Source of the DNA: an uncultured delta proteobacterium
GTDB lineage: Bacteria > Desulfobacterota > Desulfobacteria > Desulfobacterales > Desulfosalsimonadaceae
Direction: 5' to 3'
DNA: 64,000 nt
Assembly: GCA_963826785.1 (NCBI GenBank)
Contig: CAWGYD010000004.1
Span: 160,001-224,000 of the forward strand
Part shown: one piece after another, positions 50,887 to 61,988 of the stretch
Numbering within the stretch: position 1 is the first letter of the stretch
Layout of the letters: each line of letters opens with the position of its first letter
Made by a program: the position numbers and the translations under genes
Notes under the pieces: generated by a model
Told to the model about the DNA's origin: nothing
What the model saw: only the letters and a program-made list of their open reading frames with translations
Database searches by the model: none

Positions 50887-52348
50887 TTACAGCGCCGGCT
50901 TTTGTTTATGCCAGGAAGTGGCCTGTTCATAGCAGAAGGCCGCGTTCAGCAGGGCGGCTTCGTCAAAATGGTTTCCCATCAGCTGCAGCCCGATGGGCAG
51001 GCCGCCGCCGGAGAACCCGCAGGGGACCGACAGCCCCGGAATACCCGCCAGGTTGGCCGATATGGTGAATATATCGGACAGATACATCGTGAGCGGGTCG
51101 TCGGTGTTCTCCCCGATGGTGAAAGCGGGGGTGGGGGTCACCGGGGAAAGGATGATGTCGCATTTTTCAAAGGCGGCGGCAAAATCGCTGCGGATCAGGG
51201 TCCGGATCTGGGAGGCCTTGCCGTAGTAGGCATCATAATACCCTGCGGACAGGGCATACGTGCCCAGCAGGATGCGCCGCTGGACTTCGGCGCCGAACCC
51301 TTCCGAACGGGTGTTGTGGTACATCTCCATCAGGCTGCCGGCATCCGCCTGCCGGGTACCGTATTTGACCCCGTCATAGCGGGCCAGGTTGGAGCTGGCT
51401 TCGGCCGGGGCGATCATGTAGTACACGGCCACGCAGTATTCGGTGTGGGGCAGGGTGATGTCGACAAATTCGGCGCCGGCAGCGGACAGGACCTTCATGG
51501 CGCTTTCAATGGCCGATTTCACCTCCGGCGATATCCCTTCGGCCTGATGGTATTCCTTCGGGATGCCGATTTTCACGCCTCTGACATCGCCGGTAAGCGC
51601 GGCGCGGTAATCGGGCACCGGCCGGTCGACGGAGGTGGAATCCATGGGATCGTATCCGCATATGGACTGGAGCAGGATGGCCGCATCGGTCACGTCTTTG
51701 GCCAGAGGGCCGATCTGATCCAGAGAAGAGGCAAACGCCACCAGGCCGAACCGCGACACCCGGCCGTAGGTGGGTTTGACCCCCACCACCCCGCAGTGGG
51801 AGGCCGGCTGGCGAATGGAGCCGCCGGTGTCCGAACCCAAAGATCCCAGGCACATGTCTGCCGCCACTGCGGCCGCGGATCCGCCCGAGGACCCGCCGGG
51901 AACCCGGGTGGGGATCCCAGGGGTTTTTCGTGACGAAAAACCCTGAATTTTCCGTGGAGGAGCCCATGGCAAATTCATCCATGTTGACCTTGCCCACGCA
52001 GACGGCGCCGGCATCGTTGAGCTTTGAAGCCACGGTGGCATCATAGGGGGGAACAAAGTTTTCAAGTATTTTCGAGGCGCAGGTCGTGCGCACTCCCCGG
52101 GTGCAGATCAGGTCCTTTATTGAAAGGGGAATGCCGGTGAGCAGCCCGAAATTTCCGGCGGCAATGGCCGCATCGGCGTCATCTGCCGCCTTCAGGGCGG
52201 CTTCTTTGGTCACCGTGATATAGGCGTTGATCCGCCCGTCAACGGAATCGATCCGGTCGAGCACGGAGGAAACCAGATCCCGGCTGGATATCTCCTTTTT
52301 TTTCAGCCGGTCCAGGGCTTCATGGATGGTCAGCGTATACAATGGCAT
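50887..52348 (-). CDS. gatA: Asp/Glu-tRNA amidotransferase subunit A, apparent +1 frameshift at ~51910
   Basis: [23 protein letters not shown] / [10 protein letters not shown] and [13 protein letters not shown]; one extra C in GATCCCCACC. Confidence 0.95.
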
Positions 52349-52390
52349 CAGGCGCCTTCCTTGCGTTAGATCAAAAAAATGTTTGGATTG

Positions 52391-52678
52391 TCACTCGATG
52401 ATCCGGGGAACGATAAAAAAACCCGCTTCACTTTCCGGGGCGTTGGCAAGGGCTTCTTTCTGTCCAAGGGAGACGCCCGGACGGTCCTCCCGGAAGGCAT
52501 TGGACAGATCCACGGCATGAGCGGTGGCGGCCACGCCAGAGGTGTCGATCCGGTTCAAGGTCTCCACATATTCGAGGATCTGTCCCAGCTGGCCGGCAAA
52601 ACGGTCGACATGGTGCTCATCAATTTCCAGCCGGGCCAGTTTGGCCACATGAAGGACTTCCGCCTTGGAGATTTTCAT
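52391..52678 (-). CDS. gatC: Asp/Glu-tRNA amidotransferase subunit C
   Basis: EVLHVAKLARL...FREDR...ALANAP....FFIVPRII. Confidence 0.95.
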   Translation of the reverse strand: MKISKAEVLHVAKLARLEIDEHHVDRFAGQLGQILEYVETLNRIDTSGVAATAHAVDLSNAFREDRPGVSLGQKEALANAPESEAGFFIVPRIIE

Positions 52679-52792
52679 TTACAATTCCTTGTTTTGAACA
52701 CTTCGGTGAATCGGCGAAAACGGCATGAGAACGATTTTGCCCAAGCCTTTTTTCCTGACCGTACCATTTACATTGAACGCACGCGCATGGCG

Positions 52793-53890
52793 TTACGGCT
52801 CAATCCGAAATACCAGACCATCCACACCGGCTTCTTTGAGGCTGCTGCAGTCCTTTTCCGCCATGGCCCGGTTCGGGTAGGGACCGATGCGGACGCGATA
52901 CCAGGTCACCCCTTTTATTTCGGAGCTCTGGGCGTATGCGGGATACCCCTTGGCCATAAATTTCTGCTTGACTGAATCGGCATTTTCCCTGTCCTGCAGT
53001 GAGGCCACCTGGATGGCATACGCGGGAGAAGCGGCATCGGGCGTATTCACCTCCGGGATGGTTTCAGCAGCGGGGCCGGGCGAAATGGTCGCGTCGGGTT
53101 CATCTACGACGGCGGGCTCGACAACCGCCGCGGTTTCGGGTAAAGCGGCAATCGATGGCGAAATGGTGGGTTCGGCTGCGCTTGCCGGTTTGGATTCGAC
53201 CGGTGCCGGGGTTTTTGCGGCCGGGGCCGGTGAATCGGCCGGTTTGGAAAATCGGGCGGTCTTGATCGTCATGACCGCCGGGGCTGTATGCTCGGTCGGT
53301 TCGCTCTCAGATGTTGCTGCCTGCGGCGCATCCGATGTTCCTGCCGCATCGGGCGCAAGCGATGGCGCTGTGGCAGCGGATTCGATGGCCCGGGTTGCGG
53401 AAGACGGCGCCGCGCCTGGTGTTTGGGCCAACTCAACTGAGGCGGCCTGGCCGGTTTCGGTAACGGCGGCCTCTTTTGCGCCCGATGTCTCGAGTTCATC
53501 CGCCGCAATGTCTTTTAGGGGGTCGGTCTTGGAAAACCTGGGCTTGATCACCGGCGGGACATACTGCTTGTAGATACTTGGCTTGTCCCCCGGCTCCTGG
53601 AGCTGGGTCAGCACGTCCATGGGCTGGGCAGCTCCTTTGCGAAACGGGCCTCTTTCCTTGAGCACGCTTTCTTTCAGGTTGCCCAGTTTTTCCTCCAGAT
53701 TGTCGATATCAAATCGCACCGGCAGGGTATTTCTTCCCACCAGGACGCCCAGGTAGAACATGGTGCCGGATATAATAAACAGCGTGAGCAGCCATCCCGA
53801 CCAGTTCTTCTTGTCGATGACCACAAAAGGCCGGGGCATGGGCCTGGGCGAAGGCTTTTTATCCGGGGGAATCGGCTTTTTTTCCGCCAT
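52793..53890 (-). CDS. SPOR domain membrane-anchored protein (FtsN-like)
   Basis: N-terminal TM helix, Ala/Pro/Thr-rich linker, YAIQVAS...WYRVRIGPY; directly downstream of argS. Confidence 0.85.
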   Translation of the reverse strand: MAEKKPIPPDKKPSPRPMPRPFVVIDKKNWSGWLLTLFIISGTMFYLGVLVGRNTLPVRFDIDNLEEKLGNLKESVLKERGPFRKGAAQPMDVLTQLQEPGDKPSIYKQYVPPVIKPRFSKTDPLKDIAADELETSGAKEAAVTETGQAASVELAQTPGAAPSSATRAIESAATAPSLAPDAAGTSDAPQAATSESEPTEHTAPAVMTIKTARFSKPADSPAPAAKTPAPVESKPASAAEPTISPSIAALPETAAVVEPAVVDEPDATISPGPAAETIPEVNTPDAASPAYAIQVASLQDRENADSVKQKFMAKGYPAYAQSSEIKGVTWYRVRIGPYPNRAMAEKDCSSLKEAGVDGLVFRIEP

Positions 53891-53900
53891 GGGGGTGCGC

Positions 53901-55565
53901 CTACATGGATTCGGGTGCTGAAACACCCAGCAGGTTCAGGCCATTTCGAATGACTTTCTGGACAGCGGTTATCAGATAGAGCCTTCCGGCAGTCATTTCG
54001 GGATCATCGGTCAACACACGGTGCTTATTATAGTACGCATGAAAGGCCGCCGCAAGCTCCATCAGGTAAAAAGCGATGCGGTGGGGTTCCAGCGCCTGGG
54101 CGCCGGCGGATATGGTGTCGGGATACCGGGCCAGGTGTTTGATCAGCTGAATCTCTTCGGGTTCGGTGATGCGTTTCACGGCCGCAGCGTCTGTATCCGT
54201 TGTTTCGATGCTCCGCTCCTCGGCCGCTTTTCTCCGGATGCTGGAAATGCGCGCGTGGACGTACTGGACATAATAGACCGGGTTGTCGTTGGTTTTGGCT
54301 TTGGCTACTTCCAAGTCGAAATCAAGGGGGCTGTCATAATGGCGGGTTAAAAAAATGAAGCGGGCCGCATCCGTTCCCACTTCATCCACAACCTCCCGCA
54401 GGGTCACGAATTTTCCCGCCCGGGTGGACATGGCGATCAAAGCCCCTTTGCGCAGCAGGTTGACCAGCTGCACCAGGATGACCGAAAATTGTGCGGGGTC
54501 TTTGCCCGATGCCTTGAGGGATGCGGCAATCCGGGGGATGTAGCCGTGATGGTCCGCGCCCCACACATCGATGATCCGGTCGAATCCCCGGTCGAACTTG
54601 TCCTGGTGATAGGCGATATCCGGTGCAAAATAAGTGGTCTGGCCATTTCCGCGCACCACCACCCGGTCCTTTTCATCGCCGAACGCCGAGGTCTTGAACC
54701 AAAGCGCCCCCTCCTGCTCATAGATCAGCCCTTTTTCGCGGAAGTTTTCGATTGCGGCCGCCACTTTTCCGGAGTCAAAAAGGCTCTGCTCACTGTACCA
54801 GTTGTCAAATTCCACCCCCAGAAGTGCCAGGTCCTCTTTGATTCCCAGCATGATTTCGGATGCGGCAAACCGGGCGCAGAAATTCATGGCAGCATCTTCG
54901 GGTTGAGCAAGATACTCCGGGTGCGCCTTTTGGACCTGCCTGGCGATATCGTAGATGTAATCGCCCTGGTAGCAGTCTTCCGGAAAGGAGACGGTTTCTC
55001 CGGAAAGCGCTTTGCACCGCAGGTATACGGATCGGCCCAGGGTCTGGATCTGGCGGCCCGAGTCGTTGATGTAGTATTCGCGAAACACGTCATACCCGCA
55101 GAAAGATAGAAGCGCGGCGGTTGCATCCCCGACCACCGCACCCCGGCCGTGGCCCACATGAAGCGGACCGGTGGGGTTGGCGCTGACAAACTCCACCTGC
55201 ACCCGCTGCCCCCGGCCCATGTCCGAGGCGCCGTAATCACTGTTTTTTTGATAAATTTCCGCCAGCACCGGGTGCCAGGCCGATGCCCGGATAAAGAAGT
55301 TGATAAATCCCGGGCCGGCAATTTCGGTTCTGGAAATGATATTTTCCGGGTCATCCAGGTGCGAAACGATCGCCTCGGCGATCTTTCGGGGGGGCATTTT
55401 CTGGCCGGCGGCATTGACCATGGCGAAATTGGTGGCAAAATCCCCGTGAGTGGCGATCTTCGGCTCATCGATGTCGCCGGGCAAAAAAGCGGCGCTTTTG
55501 AGGGCGCCGTCGTCAAGGGCGCGTCCGGCCGCCTGTTGGATCAGGTTCTGAAGTTTATCTTTCAT
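53901..55565 (-). CDS. argS: Arginine--tRNA ligase
   Basis: [32 protein letters not shown] and [12 protein letters not shown]. Confidence 0.98.
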   Translation of the reverse strand: MKDKLQNLIQQAAGRALDDGALKSAAFLPGDIDEPKIATHGDFATNFAMVNAAGQKMPPRKIAEAIVSHLDDPENIISRTEIAGPGFINFFIRASAWHPVLAEIYQKNSDYGASDMGRGQRVQVEFVSANPTGPLHVGHGRGAVVGDATAALLSFCGYDVFREYYINDSGRQIQTLGRSVYLRCKALSGETVSFPEDCYQGDYIYDIARQVQKAHPEYLAQPEDAAMNFCARFAASEIMLGIKEDLALLGVEFDNWYSEQSLFDSGKVAAAIENFREKGLIYEQEGALWFKTSAFGDEKDRVVVRGNGQTTYFAPDIAYHQDKFDRGFDRIIDVWGADHHGYIPRIAASLKASGKDPAQFSVILVQLVNLLRKGALIAMSTRAGKFVTLREVVDEVGTDAARFIFLTRHYDSPLDFDLEVAKAKTNDNPVYYVQYVHARISSIRRKAAEERSIETTDTDAAAVKRITEPEEIQLIKHLARYPDTISAGAQALEPHRIAFYLMELAAAFHAYYNKHRVLTDDPEMTAGRLYLITAVQKVIRNGLNLLGVSAPESM

Positions 55566-55686
55566 GACACAAGTTTTTCGGGTTGAAGGGTCAGGTCCAG
55601 GTCGTTAAAACTTCATTTTATAAGAAATTTGCCCGCTCAAGTCAAGGATGCATTCAGGAGCGCAAGGCGGGGTCAGGCCAATATCA

Positions 55687-56352
55687 TCATATCGGTATTT
55701 GGCTAAGCTTGTTCAGAAGGGGGCGAATTTTTTCCTGGTGTTCGGGGTAAATCATCAGCACGGGGATGGGGCGGTTTGGAATCAGGCCGCTGTCCGCCGC
55801 TTCTTTCAGATCTTGCCCTGTCAGGTAAAGGAGCATATCTGCGATGTTTCCCGTGTGCCCGGACGGATCCAGGTGCTCGATGAACTGGAGAAACAGGGTG
55901 TTGACCGAAAGGGTGAATTCATCGATTACCGCAGCCCCTGTGGGTTCACAGCGCGCGGTGGAGAGCATGCACCGGCATCCGAACGGGCGCAGCGCATATA
56001 TGGAACATATCCCATCGGTCAGCAGCGGGCAGGATCCCCAGGCGGGATCGATGGCTTCTTCGGGCGGCGCTTTGCGGGAAAGGCACATCTCGGCCATCTG
56101 GTTGGTGGTGACTTTCGGAATAAAGCGGGGATCCTTCAATCGGGATTGTATCCGGGCGCGCAGGGCGCTGATCCGGGGCGCATCCATTTCGGAAAGGATC
56201 AGCCGGGCCTCGACGCGGGTCAGGGTGATGTTGCAGGTGCAGCAGGTTGCGCAATATTTTTCACAGGCCGTGTTCAGGGATCGGGCATGCGCGTCATAGA
56301 GCGCATAAATTTTTTGAAGGGCGGCAATTTGCCGTTTGATATCGATTTCCAT
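55687..56352 (-). CDS. YkgJ-like cysteine cluster protein
   Basis: ACEKYCATCC...CPLL..G.CSIY..RPFGCR. Confidence 0.8.
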   Translation of the reverse strand: MEIDIKRQIAALQKIYALYDAHARSLNTACEKYCATCCTCNITLTRVEARLILSEMDAPRISALRARIQSRLKDPRFIPKVTTNQMAEMCLSRKAPPEEAIDPAWGSCPLLTDGICSIYALRPFGCRCMLSTARCEPTGAAVIDEFTLSVNTLFLQFIEHLDPSGHTGNIADMLLYLTGQDLKEAADSGLIPNRPIPVLMIYPEHQEKIRPLLNKLSQIPI

Positions 56353-56404
56353 GGAGACGCGATACCAGAAAAAGAGGTGCGGGTCAACGAAGGGGTATGA
56401 AGAA

Positions 56405-57007
56405 TCAGTCGGCGGTTCTGAACACGGAATAGTATTTTAACACTTTGCTGACGTAATTTTCCGTTTCCGGGTAGGGGGGAATGCAGTTGTAGCGCTCCAC
56501 TGCCCCGGGGCCCGCATTGTAGGCGGCCAGGCAGAGTTCGATATCGTCGAATTTTTCCATCATTCTGCGCAGGTATCGGGCGCCGGCCATGATGTTTTCC
56601 TCGGGATCGAAGGGATCTCCGACATTCAGGAGCGCCACGTTGGCCGGCATGATCTGCATGAGCCCCATGGCGCCGGCCCGGGAGACGGCGGTGGGATTGA
56701 AATTGGATTCCACCCGGATGATGGCCTTTAACAGTTCGAAGGGGACGTCATAACGCTGGGCGGCTTTCCGGATCAGGGGATCATAGCGATGGATGCTGCC
56801 GCCTTCGTAAAAATAGACCGGTGCAAAACGGGTTTCCGAACTGTAATGACGGTACCGGGAAGAGGTGGGCGCGTTGCTGAAATGCATGACGCCATTTTCA
56901 TCCACATAGGAATAGATTTCAGCGGACAAATGGGCCGACGGCAGCGCCATGGCCAGAATCAGGAGCATCGGGATCAGCTTGAACGCATATCGAAGTTTGA
57001 TCTGCAT
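56405..57007 (-). CDS. Lytic transglycosylase (DUF4124 + SLT domains)
   Basis: IYSYVDENGVMHFSNAP, IRVESNFNP.AVS.AGAMGLMQ and AAYNAG. Confidence 0.92.
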   Translation of the reverse strand: MQIKLRYAFKLIPMLLILAMALPSAHLSAEIYSYVDENGVMHFSNAPTSSRYRHYSSETRFAPVYFYEGGSIHRYDPLIRKAAQRYDVPFELLKAIIRVESNFNPTAVSRAGAMGLMQIMPANVALLNVGDPFDPEENIMAGARYLRRMMEKFDDIELCLAAYNAGPGAVERYNCIPPYPETENYVSKVLKYYSVFRTAD

Positions 57008-57223
57008 CCGGGTCGTTTCGAATTTTTCGGCCTAATCCGCAGGGATGGGCCCGGTTGATGCCAGATATCGATGAAGCGGTTCTATTTTTATCAACTCGAA
57101 ATACCTTTTTTTTCTTACCTGTTTAATTTTCTTATAAATGACTTCAATGGCGGATGTCAATTCCGAATTTAGGAGGGCCGACTAAATGTACGGACGTGCG
57201 GAAACCATAAAAATGAAATATCA

Positions 57224-58146
57224 TCAAAGTTCTTCGGGGGTAAAGGCGACGACCTCGTCGATATTTTCAGCCCCGGACAGCAGCATGACCAGGCGGTCGA
57301 TGCCCATGGCGTTTCCCGCGGCGGCGGGCATGTCCGCCAGGGCGCTGTAAAAAGGCCTCCGGCATGGGCGGGACCGGCTGGCCTGAGCGGCGCCGGCGCT
57401 CCAGTTCGTCTCCAAAATTCTTCCGCTGTATTTCCGGATCGGTCAGTTCCGTAAACCCGTTGCAAAGCTCCATCCCGGCGATGAACAGTTCGAAGCGCTG
57501 TCCGGCGGCGGGATCATGGGGGTGTGCTTTGGCCAGTGTGCATCTGTCTTTTGGAAAATCCATCAGGAACACGGGCCGGCTGTTGCCCAGGTTCGGTTCG
57601 ATCTCAAAGGCGATGGCTTCGTCAAATGTGTCCTGCTGCAATGCCTTTTGGACATCGGTCCGGGTAAATTGCAGAAAGGCGTCCGCAACGCGCAGCCGGG
57701 GCCAGGGAGGCTTCATGTCGATTGCCTTTTGCCCGTAGCGAAGAACGTGGCCCAATCCGAGGCGTCCGCAGACATGGCCGAACAGGTCTTCGCAGTGACG
57801 CATCAGATCATAATAGTCGGATTCGGCCGCATACCACTCCAGCATGGTGAACTCTTCCAGGTGCCGGCTTCCCCGCTCCCCCTGGCGGAAACACTTGCAG
57901 ATCTGGAAAATTTTATCGTAGCCCGCCGCCAGCAGCCGCTTCATGTACAGCTCCGGGGAGGTTTGGAGAAATCCGTTTCCGGCGCGAACCGGATCGATGT
58001 AGGGTTCGGGGGCCGGCGCCGGTATCCGGATGGGCGTTTCCACCTCCAGGTACCCGTTCTCGGATAAAAAAATCCCGGATGAGCTGAATCACCCGGGCCC
58101 GGAGCGCAAGGTTTTGCTTAATCAGGGTTTGTCTGGCTGTGTGCAT
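57224..58146 (-). CDS. epmA: EF-P lysine aminoacylase (EpmA/PoxA/GenX), two apparent +1 frameshifts (~58068, ~57347)
   Basis: LEVETP, LQTSPELYMKRLLAAG, EFTMLEWY, RFELFI.G.EL.NGF.EL and G.AMGIDRLVM spread over three frames. Confidence 0.9.
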
Positions 58147-58172
58147 GCGCAGAAATGGGGCAAATGAGCCAT

Positions 58173-59495
58173 TTATGGACGGGCACGACGGATCTGGTAG
58201 TCATCCTCCACCCGGTCCTGCAGGACGATGTGGTCGTATTCTTCCGGGTCGGCGGCGTTGAACCAGGAAAAACCCTGGTCCTGGCAGGCGGCGCAAGCCT
58301 TGCGGGGGATGTGGACGGCCAGGATGCGCTGCCCGTTGTCGCAGCTGGAATCAATTTTCAAGACGCCGCTGCAGTCATTGCAGATGCGCAGGGATTCGTA
58401 CTGGGTTTCGGACAGGCCGTCGGTGTCGTAGAAAATGCTTCTGCGCCGGTCGGCGAATTTCTTGGTCCCCCGCATGTGTTCCCGGATGTGTTGCTGCTGG
58501 CGCCAATTGTTGAGCACGGTCTCGCCGGTTCTTTCGATCACCTGGGTGATCTGGCCGGTCTGGCGCAGTTTTTCATGATCGTAGCCCGGTTCCTTCACCT
58601 TGGAGTAGTCGACCCCGGCCATGGCCAGGATGATCCCCACGTTCACGTAGGGAAGCGCCCCTTCGATGGAATAACCTCCTTCCAGCACGGCGATGTCCGG
58701 CTTGAGCAGGCGGGTCAGGTCCGCATACCCCTGGGCGGAAAACTGCATGTTGGTCAGCGGGTCGGTGAAATGGTTGTCCTGGCCGGCGGAATTGATGATC
58801 AGATCGGGCTTGAACTCATCCAAAATGGGCAGGACCACATGTTCGATGACGTACAGGAATCCTTCCTCGGAAGTATGCGGCGGCAGGGGAATGTTTAAGG
58901 TTGTGCCGGCGGCAGACGGCCCCCCCAGTTCTTCGGTAAAGCCGGTTCCCGGATACAGGGTACGGCCGTCCTGGTGGATGGACACATAGAGGGTGTCCGG
59001 GTCATGCCAGTAGATGTCCTGGGTGCCGTCCCCATGGTGGCAGTCGGTATCGATGATGGCCACCCGGTCGATGCCGTACTGCTTTCGGAGAAATTCCACC
59101 ATGATGGCTTCGTTGTTGACGTTGCAGAACCCTCTGCCGCCGTGCACCACCCGCATGGCGTGGTGGCCCGGGGGCCGGACCAGGGCGAATCCCCGCTCGA
59201 TCTGTTTTTCCATGACCGCCCGGGCGATGGTCTTTGCCCCGCCCGCACTGATGAAATGCGATTCGGTCATCACGCTTTTGGCATCCGGCACGCAGAAATG
59301 GACCCGCTGGACATCTGCGATCTCCACCACCTCGGCCTTGTATTCCGTGATGCCGTCGATATCGAACAATCCCTCTTCCAGGACCTGGTCCTGGGTATAC
59401 AGCAGCCGCTCCTCTCTTTCCGGATGCGTGGGGCTGATGGCCCAGTCGAATGCCGGAAAGAAAATCAGGCCGGTTTTATGTCTGGCGTACAGCAT
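58173..59495 (-). CDS. Histone deacetylase / acetylpolyamine amidohydrolase family protein
   Basis: HPERE.RL, RPPGHHA, GFC, D.HHGDGTQ, SAGQD and LEGGY; C-terminal CxxC...CxxC. Confidence 0.92.
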   Translation of the reverse strand: MLYARHKTGLIFFPAFDWAISPTHPEREERLLYTQDQVLEEGLFDIDGITEYKAEVVEIADVQRVHFCVPDAKSVMTESHFISAGGAKTIARAVMEKQIERGFALVRPPGHHAMRVVHGGRGFCNVNNEAIMVEFLRKQYGIDRVAIIDTDCHHGDGTQDIYWHDPDTLYVSIHQDGRTLYPGTGFTEELGGPSAAGTTLNIPLPPHTSEEGFLYVIEHVVLPILDEFKPDLIINSAGQDNHFTDPLTNMQFSAQGYADLTRLLKPDIAVLEGGYSIEGALPYVNVGIILAMAGVDYSKVKEPGYDHEKLRQTGQITQVIERTGETVLNNWRQQQHIREHMRGTKKFADRRRSIFYDTDGLSETQYESLRICNDCSGVLKIDSSCDNGQRILAVHIPRKACAACQDQGFSWFNAADPEEYDHIVLQDRVEDDYQIRRARP

Positions 59496-59541
59496 GAAAA
59501 GCTCTCCCGAATTGTGGGTCGCTGAAAAAATTTTTGATTAT

Positions 59542-61239
59542 TTAAGTCGGCGCCGTTTCCTGCCGCAGGCGGTTGGTGACCGTCTGGGAGCGATGAATCA
59601 GGCCCGGCTTGACCTGGAGTTTGATCCGGATATTTTTTCCCGTCAGCCGGAATCCGCGCACCATGTTGAATTCCAGTTCTTCCAGGACTTCAATTTCCAG
59701 GTCTTTGGCATCCGCGCCCGTTTTCATGGCCTTTTCCATGAGGAGGCGGCGCGCCATCTCCATTGCGTCTTTCCGGGTGAACCCGGATTTGACGGGTTCA
59801 GAAAAATCTTCCTCCGGTGCGAGGGCCACCCCTTTCTGTGTATTGACAAAAAGCGTCACCTCGCAGGTGGTGCGCGCCAGGGCGGTGCCGATGGCATTTG
59901 CCACCGACCACGCGGGGATGACGGAGACCGAATAGTCGGAGACATGCCGGAGGTGTTCGGCAAAAAAGGGTGCCGGCCCCCCCAGCACCAGGATTTTCTT
60001 CGGGTGGACCTGGTGCCCGTGCAGCGCCTCGCGTATGGTATACACCGGCTTGTTGTTGATCTGGGCCACCATATCATCGGCAGATCTCAAAATTTCCCGG
60101 CAGGCCTGGTCGAAAATTTTTTCGGCGGCTTCCTCTACTGTAATATGGAGCATTTCAGCGATGGGGGCAATCCCGGCGAGCGCGTTTTCCCGGCTGCCGC
60201 CCTCGCCCTTGCCCAGCACGAACAGCGCATCCGTGGGCGTGGGCAGTGAGCCGCCATAGGCCATGGCAGGCCCTGTCCGTTCGGGGCCGATCATGATCCG
60301 GCCGTCTTCCAGGCGGACGGTGCTGTCGCCCCCGATGGGAATGGAATAGGTATTCAACGCGCGGATCAGGGTCTTGTATCCGCCCAGTTCGATGCCCATG
60401 GGTGAAAGGAGCGGGACGCCCCGGATGAGCACGGCCATGTCGGTGGTGGTGCCGCCGATGTCCATGACAATGGTTTCCGCATCCGGGTCGGCAAAGGCTA
60501 TGGATCCCATGACAGAAGCCGACGGTCCCGAGAGGATGGATTGACCGGGAAAATCGATGGAGGTATCGAAATCCATGGTGCCGCCGTCGGCTTTCAGGAT
60601 ATAGATGGGGATGGTAATCCCTTTTTGGACCAAAGAAGACTTGACCGCTTCGAAGAATTTTTTGTGCACCGGGTACACCGATGCGTTCAAGAACGTCGTG
60701 TGAATCCGCCGGGGGAAGCTGAGCTGGCCGGAAATCCGGTGGCCGTAGAAAATTTTGTCCACGTACGGCTTTAAGATCTCTCCAATCTGCTGTTCGTGGG
60801 CGGGGTTCCGGGCGGAAAATTTTCCCACCACCCCCACCTGGGAAATGCCGGCGTCCTTGAAACGGAGGGCGATTTGCCGGATTTCATCTTCGTCGACGGC
60901 TTCGATTTCTCTGCCCCCGTGATCGATGGAGCCGGCCACGGGATAATAATCGGGGTTGGTGCGGAATGCCTCCGGGTCGATCCCGGGGCCGCTCGATACA
61001 ATCATGCCCACGGGGGGAAGTTTGTGCTGGGCAATGGCATTGGTGGTCAGGGTCGTGCTGAGGACCGCATGCCGGATTTGGGTGGGCGCAATCCCCGCGG
61101 TGATTTTTTCCAGTCCGGTCAGGACCGTCTGAAAAAGCGCCGAGGTGTCGGTGAGGACTTTCACCTGCCGTTCAAGACCGTTTCGTCCCACCAGGACGAC
61201 ATCCGTGTGCGTGCCGCCGACGTCCAGTCCGATGATCAT
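59542..61239 (-). CDS. Hydantoinase/oxoprolinase A family protein
   Basis: IGLDVGGTHTD, LSTTLTTN, SGPSAS, DIGGTTTD, PTPTDA and ANAIG. Confidence 0.9.
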   Translation of the reverse strand: MIIGLDVGGTHTDVVLVGRNGLERQVKVLTDTSALFQTVLTGLEKITAGIAPTQIRHAVLSTTLTTNAIAQHKLPPVGMIVSSGPGIDPEAFRTNPDYYPVAGSIDHGGREIEAVDEDEIRQIALRFKDAGISQVGVVGKFSARNPAHEQQIGEILKPYVDKIFYGHRISGQLSFPRRIHTTFLNASVYPVHKKFFEAVKSSLVQKGITIPIYILKADGGTMDFDTSIDFPGQSILSGPSASVMGSIAFADPDAETIVMDIGGTTTDMAVLIRGVPLLSPMGIELGGYKTLIRALNTYSIPIGGDSTVRLEDGRIMIGPERTGPAMAYGGSLPTPTDALFVLGKGEGGSRENALAGIAPIAEMLHITVEEAAEKIFDQACREILRSADDMVAQINNKPVYTIREALHGHQVHPKKILVLGGPAPFFAEHLRHVSDYSVSVIPAWSVANAIGTALARTTCEVTLFVNTQKGVALAPEEDFSEPVKSGFTRKDAMEMARRLLMEKAMKTGADAKDLEIEVLEELEFNMVRGFRLTGKNIRIKLQVKPGLIHRSQTVTNRLRQETAPT

Positions 61240-61469
61240 GGGATATCCTTATATGATGTGCGCGAAATCATGCGCACGATGGAAGCGGAGAAGGGGGCGG
61301 AAAGAGATCCGTTCATCCTGTCCTTTTTATAAAATTGCTGTTGTCATGGCATTTTAATTATCAATATCCAATAAGCCTTACCTTGTCAATACGCCTGTGC
61401 CGCCCAGCCGCCGGCAGGCGGGCGTATTCTTTTCTTGGTTTTAAGTCAATGAATTGATATAAAAAAATT

Positions 61470-61988
61470 ATGTCTGATACCCATTTCATGTCAAAAGCGA
61501 TCGAACAGGCCAAGCGCGCGTATCGGGCCGGCGAGTTTCCGGTGGGGTGCGTCATCGCCGATGGAAAAGCGGTCCTGGCCGAAGGCTTCCGGGTGAGCAC
61601 CCGGGGCCGGCATCAAAACGAGATCGATCATGCGGAAATTAACGCACTGCGGAACCTCACGCAGACGCAGGCCGCATTCTGCCTGGAAGATCTGACCCTG
61701 TATGCCACCATGGAGCCCTGCCTGATGTGCTTTGCGGCCACTCTGCTCACCGGCATCCGGCGGATCGTGTATGCATATGAAGATGCCATGGGCGGGGGGA
61801 CCGCCTGTGACCTGGACCGGCTGCCACCGCTGTACCGGGAGCGTCGGCCCACCATCGTTTCCCATGTTCTGCGCGAAAAGAGTCTTGAACTTTTTCAGCG
61901 TTATTTTGCCGACCCGGAAAACGCCTACTGGCGGGGAAGCCCCCTGGCCCAATATACCCTGGCCCAGAAACGGCGGGATCAGCCATGA
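61470..61988 (+). CDS. Nucleoside deaminase (TadA-like)
   Basis: GEFPVGCVI, HAE and TMEPCLMC. Confidence 0.88.
   Translation: MSDTHFMSKAIEQAKRAYRAGEFPVGCVIADGKAVLAEGFRVSTRGRHQNEIDHAEINALRNLTQTQAAFCLEDLTLYATMEPCLMCFAATLLTGIRRIVYAYEDAMGGGTACDLDRLPPLYRERRPTIVSHVLREKSLELFQRYFADPENAYWRGSPLAQYTLAQKRRDQP

Noticed and set aside
50887..52348. gatA as a pseudogene or programmed frameshift
   Set aside because: A single extra C in a short homopolymer with both halves intact, among many similar indels in the window; an assembly error is more likely.
18341..52678. gatB separated from gatCA by about 31 kb
   Set aside because: Split gat genes are common and imply nothing new.
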